64,000 nt of DNA from Candidatus Eiseniibacteriota bacterium (lineage in GTDB: Bacteria > Eisenbacteria > RBG-16-71-46 > CAIMUX01 > VGJL01): the NCBI GenBank assembly GCA_963792585.1, contig CAWBWI010000001.1, positions 288,001-352,000 of the forward strand, given 5' to 3'. The notes beneath the pieces are model-generated. The model ran no database searches. It was not told the origin of the DNA and saw only the letters and a list, made by a program, of their open reading frames with translations. Position numbers and translations under genes: made by a program. This document shows positions 60,125-64,000 of the stretch, in pieces; position 1 is the stretch's first letter; every line of letters begins with the position of its first letter.

Positions 60125-61311
60125 CTACGCGCTCGCGCCGAACTCCTTGATCATGGCGCGGGCGATCACCAGACCGCTGGATCTGGTTGGTCCCTTCGTA
60201 GATCTGCGTGATCTTCGCGTCGCGCATGTACTTCTCGATCGGGAAGTCCTTCATGTAGCCGTTGCCGCCAAGAGCTGAACGGCATCGGTCGTGACCTTCA
60301 TGGCCGTGTCGGTCGCGAAGACCTTGCACATCGCGGAGATCTTGCGTGATGTTCGGGGGAATCGGTGTCGACCGCCCGGGCCGCTGTGTAGACGAGCGAC
60401 GCGCGGCCTCGACCTGCGTTCCCATGTCGGCCACCATCCACTGGATTCCCTGGAAGGCCAGGATCGACTGATCGAATTGCCTTCGATTGGCGGTGGCGTG
60501 CACGGCCAGTTCCAGCGCCCCCTGGGCGAGACCGACGGCCTGGGACGGCGACGCCGGGGCGTGCGCGATCGAGCGTCGCCATCGCGTGGCGGAAGCCCTT
60601 TCCCTCCTCGCCGCCGAGGAGATTCTCCACCGGCACGCGGCAGTTCTCGAACTCCAGCTCGACGACGGGCACGCAGCGGATCCCCATCTTGTCCTCGACC
60701 TTTCCGATCGAGAAGCCCGGGGTCGGCTTCTCGACCACGATGGCCGAGATGCCGCGCGGCCCCTTCGATGCGGGGTCGGTACGACAGAAGATCGTGTAGA
60801 TCGTCGCAACGCCGCCATTGGTGTTCCACTTCTTGTGGCCGTTGAGGACATACGCGTCCCCGTCGCGGCGCGCGGAGCATTGCAGACTTCCGGCATCGCT
60901 CCCCGCATCGCGCTCCGAGAGCCCGAAGGCGACCAGGGCCTCGCCCTTCGCAATCGTCGGAAGCCACCGGCGTTTCTGCTCCTCCGTGCCGCCCAGGATG
61001 ATCGGGAACGAGCCGAGGGCGTTGACCGCATAGGCCACACCGACCCCGCCGCAGGCCCGCGACAGCTCCTCGACCACGATGCAGAGATTCAGGAGCCCAG
61101 CGCCGTGCCCGCCGTACTCCTTTGGCACCCAGACGCCGGTCAGGTCGGCGGCCTTCAGCGCTGCCAGGACTTCCCACGGGTATTCCTGGAGCTGGTCGTA
61201 CTTGGCGGCGACCGGACGCACCGCCGTTTCCGCGACCTCCCGTGCACGCGCGCGGTAGGAGCGGTTCTCGTCGGTCATCAGGTGGTCGAGGGGGGTCAGG
61301 AGAGATTCCAT
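60125..61311 (-). CDS. Acyl-CoA dehydrogenase; several frameshifts in the 3' half
   Basis: EYGG, FGLSERDAGSD, LNGHKKW, KMGIR, RRQF, MRDAKITQIYEGTNQIQ. Confidence 0.92.
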
Positions 61312-61354
61312 CGGTTCCTCCATGGAAAGGAATCGAGCGGCCAGAATCCGGCCC

Positions 61355-62370
61355 TCAGTTTGGAATGTTCGGGACCGGACAGCACCCGGGATCGGGCGTT
61401 GTCAGCAGCGGAGCGATCAGGCCCAGGACGCGGGTTCGGGCCTCGGCGAGCGAGCAGACGAGCGTGGCGCCTGCGGCGAACGGATGGCCCCCGCCGCCCA
61501 TCGTCTGGGCCGCGTCCTGCACCTCGACCCGACCCTTGGATCGCAGCGAGACCTTGATCTCGCCGAGGTCGGCTTCCTTCAGGAGGGCCGCGACTTCCAC
61601 GCCGCTGACCTCGAGGAGGTAGTTGACGGCATCGCGGAGATCGTCCGGCGCGCAATCGTGATTTCGAATCGCCTGCTGTGAAAGTTCCGCGTAGGCGAGC
61701 TTCCCCTCTTCCCGGATTTCGATTGCGCCGAGGACCTCACCGAGCAGACGCATCTTGCCCACCGGGTTGCTCGCAAACAGGTGACGATAGACATGCGTCG
61801 CGTCGACCCCTCTCGAGAGCAGATCGGCGGCAACCAGGTGGGGGGAGGGGTGTTTCGCACGTAACGGAAAGAATGCGTATCGTAGGCGATCGCCGTGTAA
61901 AGGCACTCGCCGATCCTCGCATCGATGGGCAGATCGAGATGACTGTGGAGCAGCCGGTAGACCAGTTCACCGGTGGACGACGCTCCCGGGTCGCCGCAGA
62001 CGTCTTCCCGCAGCGCGCCCGCCACGGGATGATGGTCCAGGAAGATCGTGGGGAACCCTGCCTTCCGAATCAACTCGCCCACATGGCCGAGGAGGGCCCA
62101 TCGGTGGGTGTCGACGATCAATGCAAGATTCGGAGGCGGGCAATCCAGCGAGGACGCGTCTCTGGGGATCGATCGCAGGTATCCGTCGGGATCCAGAAAG
62201 CGGAATCGATCCGGGCAGGGGTCTGGCAGGACGCAGTCGACCTCCATGCCGGTTCGCTTCAGCGCGATGGTCAGGGCCAAGAGCGCGCCGATGCCGTCCC
62301 CATCCGGATCGGCATGTGTGGACAGGAGTATCCTGCGTGATGCGCGGATCCGATCCGCCAGTCGTCTCAT
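61355..62370 (-). CDS. DHH/DHHA1 phosphoesterase (NrnA-like); frameshift near 61850
   Basis: HADPDGD, IVD, DHH, DTHSF, SLRS, GGGGHPFAAG. Confidence 0.9.
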
Positions 62371-62436
62371 GCTGTCGATTCCCCCAGGCTCTTGCCCCGT
62401 CCGAGGTGTCGTTTGGAGCTTGAAACAGAACTAGCC

Positions 62437-62465
62437 ACGTTAGCGCCCCGGCCTCGATGGGTCAA
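62437..62465 (-). promoter_or_regulatory. Sigma70-type promoter
   Basis: TTGACC-17-TAACGT on the minus strand. Confidence 0.5.
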
Positions 62466-62532
62466 CATGGAAGCGGCCGTGCGCGGCTTTGCCTGCTCGG
62501 AGACGGATGGATCCCTGGAGAAACCCGGTCCG

Positions 62533-63015
62533 TCATCCCTGTGCGCGTTCCCCACTTGCCGGAGGGAAGAACCTCCCAACGAGTTCTTCCAGGTAGGTGC
62601 GGTCGGTCTGATCGAAGGCCGCCGGGAGGTGGCTGTCGAGGTCGAGAACCGCGGTTACCTCACCGGATGCGGCGATGACGGGCAGGACGATCTCCGATCG
62701 CGCATCGGCGTCGCAGGCGACGTGGCCGGGGAATGCGTAGACATCCGGGACAACCTGGGTCGAGCGCGTGCGGGCGGCCGCGCCGCAGACCCCGCGATCG
62801 AAGGTAATTCTCAGGCAGCCGATGTCCCCTTGGTACGGTCCGACGGCGAGCACTCCGGGTGCGGTGACCCTGTAGAAGCCGACCCACGAGACCCAGGGGA
62901 TATCGCGCTTGAGGATCGCGCAAACCGTCGCCATGCGCGTCAGGAGATCGGGTTCGCCCTCGAGCACGCTGTCCAGCTCGCGCAACAACTCGTCGTATAC
63001 CCGATGCTTGTCCAT
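62533..63015 (-). CDS. msrC: GAF-domain free methionine-R-sulfoxide reductase
   Basis: WVGFY, GPYQG...C, GVCG, FPGHVACD, SEIVLP. Confidence 0.88.
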   Translation of the reverse strand: MDKHRVYDELLRELDSVLEGEPDLLTRMATVCAILKRDIPWVSWVGFYRVTAPGVLAVGPYQGDIGCLRITFDRGVCGAAARTRSTQVVPDVYAFPGHVACDADARSEIVLPVIAASGEVTAVLDLDSHLPAAFDQTDRTYLEELVGRFFPPASGERAQG

Positions 63016-63027
63016 CCGATTCGCCTC

Positions 63028-64000
63028 CTATCGGCGACCGAGCCAGATCAATCGCGTGGCGCCGCCTCCGCCGGAGCAGCGCAGCCAGTAGACCCCGGCG
63101 GGGAGGACGCGCCCGTCGGCGCCGAGACCGTCCCAAGCGCCGTCGGCCGCGCGCCCGACGATCCGTCCCGCGGCGTCGCAGACATCTACCGCGTTGCACG
63201 GCGCGAGCCAGCGTACCTGGCCGTGGGCCGGGTTGCCGAACAAGATCGGCGCGACCGGGGCGGCGACACCCCCCGCGATCGGGAGCCGCAGGATTCCCCA
63301 TGCGAGCGGGGTGATGTTCAGGGCCGGCTTTGCCGACTTCTGCAGGAGCGACAGGATCTCCTCCCGCCGCAGGGTCACGTCGACGATCCCGCCCCGCAGG
63401 CCCGCGGAAGCGAGCAGAGCCGCCGCGCCGGCCACATGGGGCGCGGCCGCGGATGTTCCGCTGAATCCCATGGTTCCGTACGTCGCGGTCGTCACGCGCA
63501 CGGGTGCGCAGAGCTCAGGCTTCGCCGGTTCGGTCTCGAACGCCCCGCGGCTGGAGTACGAATCGAGTTCTTCCGTGGCGTAATAGACGGCCCCCACCGC
63601 CAGCACGTTGGGTGAGTCTGCGGGCGCGAGCAGACTTCGATCGCGCCGTTGGTGGTCCTCGATGTGCGTTCCCGATCCGATGCGAAACAGGTGGATGGTG
63701 CGCTCCTCGAGCGAGCCCCGCTTGAGGCGGACCCTCGCCGCGACCGGTCGAACGTTGTTCGTGGTGTAGTCCACGTATCGGAATGCGTAGGGATATCCCT
63801 CGTAGTCGTACGCGCTCGTCGCGAGGACCTGGTCCGTATCGTCGACGACCTCGAGCACCAGATCGAGATTCGTCGAGAGAGGCCATGAGTCCCAGAGGAG
63901 GGCCAGCATCACCTCTCTGCCGGCGCTCTCTGCAGAGAAGTCGATCCGCTCGTCCCCCTGGGCATCGAACTCGAGGTAGCCGTCGCCATCGACATCCGCG
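63028..64000 (-). CDS. S8 subtilisin-like peptidase with short FlgD-like C-terminus; 5' end outside the window
   Basis: YSSRG, KPELCAP, GTSAAAPHVAG; WDG...GRVLPAGVY; frame open to window end. Confidence 0.88.
   Translation of the reverse strand, partial: ADVDGDGYLEFDAQGDERIDFSAESAGREVMLALLWDSWPLSTNLDLVLEVVDDTDQVLATSAYDYEGYPYAFRYVDYTTNNVRPVAARVRLKRGSLEERTIHLFRIGSGTHIEDHQRRDRSLLAPADSPNVLAVGAVYYATEELDSYSSRGAFETEPAKPELCAPVRVTTATYGTMGFSGTSAAAPHVAGAAALLASAGLRGGIVDVTLRREEILSLLQKSAKPALNITPLAWGILRLPIAGGVAAPVAPILFGNPAHGQVRWLAPCNAVDVCDAAGRIVGRAADGAWDGLGADGRVLPAGVYWLRCSGGGGATRLIWLGRR

Overview
GC-rich bacterial DNA in two halves. Positions ~1-31.9 kb are an accessory island. Its left part has two orphan KhpA-like genes bracketing a tandem paralog pair, an MmeI-like fused restriction-methylase, a hypothetical gene, a TIR-domain protein and a 2-TM protein. 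Next comes a co-oriented cluster of ten secreted-protein genes. Each ends in one of two mutually exclusive C-terminal tags: a 17-aa P-x-P-x4-T-W-G-x-[IV]-K-x-x-Y-R* motif (6 genes) or a FlgD-Ig/T9SS-like domain (4 genes). They are interleaved with three families of dispersed non-coding repeats (one is a promoter plus a putative structured RNA), an intact IS256 with a 9-bp target duplication, solo IS ends, a Schlafen/AlbA_2 gene and an IS481-like element at the right border. Positions ~31.9-64 kb are housekeeping: TlpA/DUF6029/Omp28-like operon, queG, NifU, phoB/phoR-like pair, MFS, nth, PolX-PHP, elbB, dxs, hybrid kinase, pepA, trxB, ETF-QO, def, octaheme cytochrome c, acyl-CoA dehydrogenase, DHH, GAF and an S8 protease. 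Many single-base frameshifts, including in housekeeping genes, point to consensus errors. The protein repertoire suggests Ca. Eisenbacteria or a related FCB lineage (inference). No rRNA, tRNA or CRISPR array was seen. All alignments were done by eye.
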